A DNA stretch of 64,000 nt from Zancudomyces culisetae HAW-14-8 (lineage: Eukaryota > Fungi > Kickxellomycota). This document shows, one piece after another, positions 62,044 to 64,000 of the stretch (positions are counted from its first letter, which is position 1; every line of letters starts with the position of its first letter). Where the stretch lies: contig JBNJNM010000011.1 of NCBI GenBank assembly GCA_052426225.1, forward strand, positions 1,488,001-1,552,000. The letters are read 5' to 3'. The notes beneath the pieces were generated by a model. The model searched no databases. It saw only the letters and a list, made by a program, of their open reading frames with translations, and was not told the DNA's origin. Position numbers and translations under genes: made by a program.

Positions 62044-64000
62044 TTTTTTTGATTTAGTTTTTTAGTTTTTTTTGTTGTTAGCTGTATTAATATTAAGTAT
62101 TGCCTAGTTATGTTTGGCTATAAGAATCAGAATAGGGTTAATTTTATATTTATTTGTTCCTTTTAGTGTATATTATCCAAGATTCTGGTGTAGTAAAGGG
62201 ATCTTTGGCTCTTTTATATTCCTAGTTGTGATAGGTAGTTGCGTCTTACAAGATCCGATTTATAAATATATATACGTCACGTGTTTATCTTTCGATCTAT
62301 CTTCTAAATATTAGCGACACCTTTTAATAACTAAAGGATACGTCTAGATTAGTCTAAGTAACAAAATAGTTAATATTAGTGTTATATTAAGAATAACTAA
62401 CAAAAGTTGTTTGTATTGATAATAAAATGGAGAGGATGCACTATTTATCCTTTATATACCTAAACGGACAGTCAACTTTGAAAGCTAAGGTAGATTTTGG
62501 TCATATGCAGTAAAGCTGTCAATACCATGTATTTAAAATGAGGTACTACCCCTCAAGTAGCATCAAAGACATGGTTAGCAAATAGATAAATGGTAAATTG
62601 TGTGCTTTTGATCTAACGAAATAGAGACCCAGTAAAAGGACAAAAAAATAATTGCTTTAAGATACGCAGATCGATAACTCCGCAGCTTTAACATTAATAA
62701 GCTGTGCATAGCATATTTAATTGGTATTGTCCCTGTATTTGTGTTGACATAAAATATTCTTTTGAAGTCGTGGACTATTTGAAGAATGTAGATCAAAAAA
62801 CGTAGGTACATAAACCAGAATAAATACTTAATTTTTATTTATGTATATGCCTATACACGCTGGTGCCATAACTTTCTATTTATTTGCGTATATACACTTA
62901 TTTAACAATTTTCTTAATGTCCTAGGCATTTGAATTTGGTTGTTTTTCATGCCCAACCTGAAATTGATCATCATCGAAATTGGGCTTTCAAATGTGGGGT
63001 TTGTAATAAAACTTATAGTCTATTAGAATTTGTTTCTGGTTGTATCCATACATGTTTGTATATTGGTGTGCTACACATACATATCCGTTTTTTTTCCCTT
63101 TAACTCCCATTCAAAATTATTTATGTACTTAGCAAGAAAAAAAAACTGATCGACTTTCAAGCAAGCATTGAAATTGGCCTCAGAAAATGATTGTCTCTTT
63201 TCTCTAGCACTAGCAAAAACAACAGAAAAGTATAATGAAGATCAAAAACGTATCCAATAAAAGAGCCACTTGAAACCAGCATGAAAATGCCTAACTGGGC
63301 ATAAAAGGACATAAAAATAGATGCTTTTATATGTGCAACTACCCCAAAACCAAACCCGGTTTCTTATTCACGAGTTGCGTGCGGCTAGGTTTGGGTCCTT
63401 TGCTACACTTTTTTTAGCATTATGAACTTTTTTAGATATATTTCTATATGGTCAACACGCCTAGATGCTTTTATATGGCGATTTCTAGTCCTTGACATCA
63501 GAGTCTCTATGTAAAACACATCTCCGTACATTACAATCGGGTTAAATGAAAAAAAAACCACCAAGAAGACATGTCGTGTGCTGACGTTGTAACAAATTAC
63601 GCAATCGCGTATAAGGCATTACTCCACTGATTGAGTAAGCTGTTTTTAGACATACTTGTTGAGACAGAGGATATAGTACGACAGCAGAAAAATTCACATC
63701 GTAAAATCTACCAACCAGCTCATGTACCTTTTTTTTTGGAAAGACAAAAGCTGAAAAGAATAAAACAGGTTGAGAAATATGGAAGGGGGAAAGGCGCAAT
63801 CTATACTTGTGTGGTTCCATTTGGTGGCACACAACTCTATGCTTGTGTAAGGAAAATTCATATGAACGGAACCACATCAAAACCCATAAAAAGTAGTTTT
63901 TTTTTTATTAAAAAAAAGGTTTGATGGTGGTGTGTATGTACTGAAGAAAAAGGAAAAAATCTTTTACTTTTTGAACTACAAGTATACTTTGATTCAAAAC

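Overview
AT-rich, intron-containing eukaryotic DNA from an early-diverging fungus. A Zoopagomycota/Harpellales-type insect-gut fungus is my inference from gene content and style, not something the sequence proves. After manual splicing I can support about 21 protein genes: TPS1 with a dead phosphatase domain, CSN5, NudE, LAMTOR1/Meh1, PIN4, CWC24, GPATCH1, DBP9, STE23/IDE, OXA1, a three-gene VTC polyphosphate cluster, MDM35, IPI3, a secreted peptide precursor, a pseudo-hydrolase, RNase H2C, an AGGF1-like OCRE-FHA-G-patch protein, an Ert1/Rds2-type Zn2Cys6-PAS factor and a Thr/Cys-rich secreted mucin. There is also a decayed Thr-rich gene and a tandem tRNA-Asp/tRNA-Glu pair. Two systems stand out. 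(1) 48188-48595 encodes a precursor built as signal peptide, Gly/Tyr segment, (DVYED)8 acidic spacer, Kex2 KR site and an 18-residue perfectly amphipathic peptide, the layout of animal antimicrobial/venom peptide precursors. (2) The cluster at 33310-42141 pairs VTC1 and VTC4 with an intact Vtc4-like pseudoenzyme that has lost its catalytic residues, most of its SPX basic patch and the three-TM channel. Exon boundaries were read by eye and may be off by a few bases.
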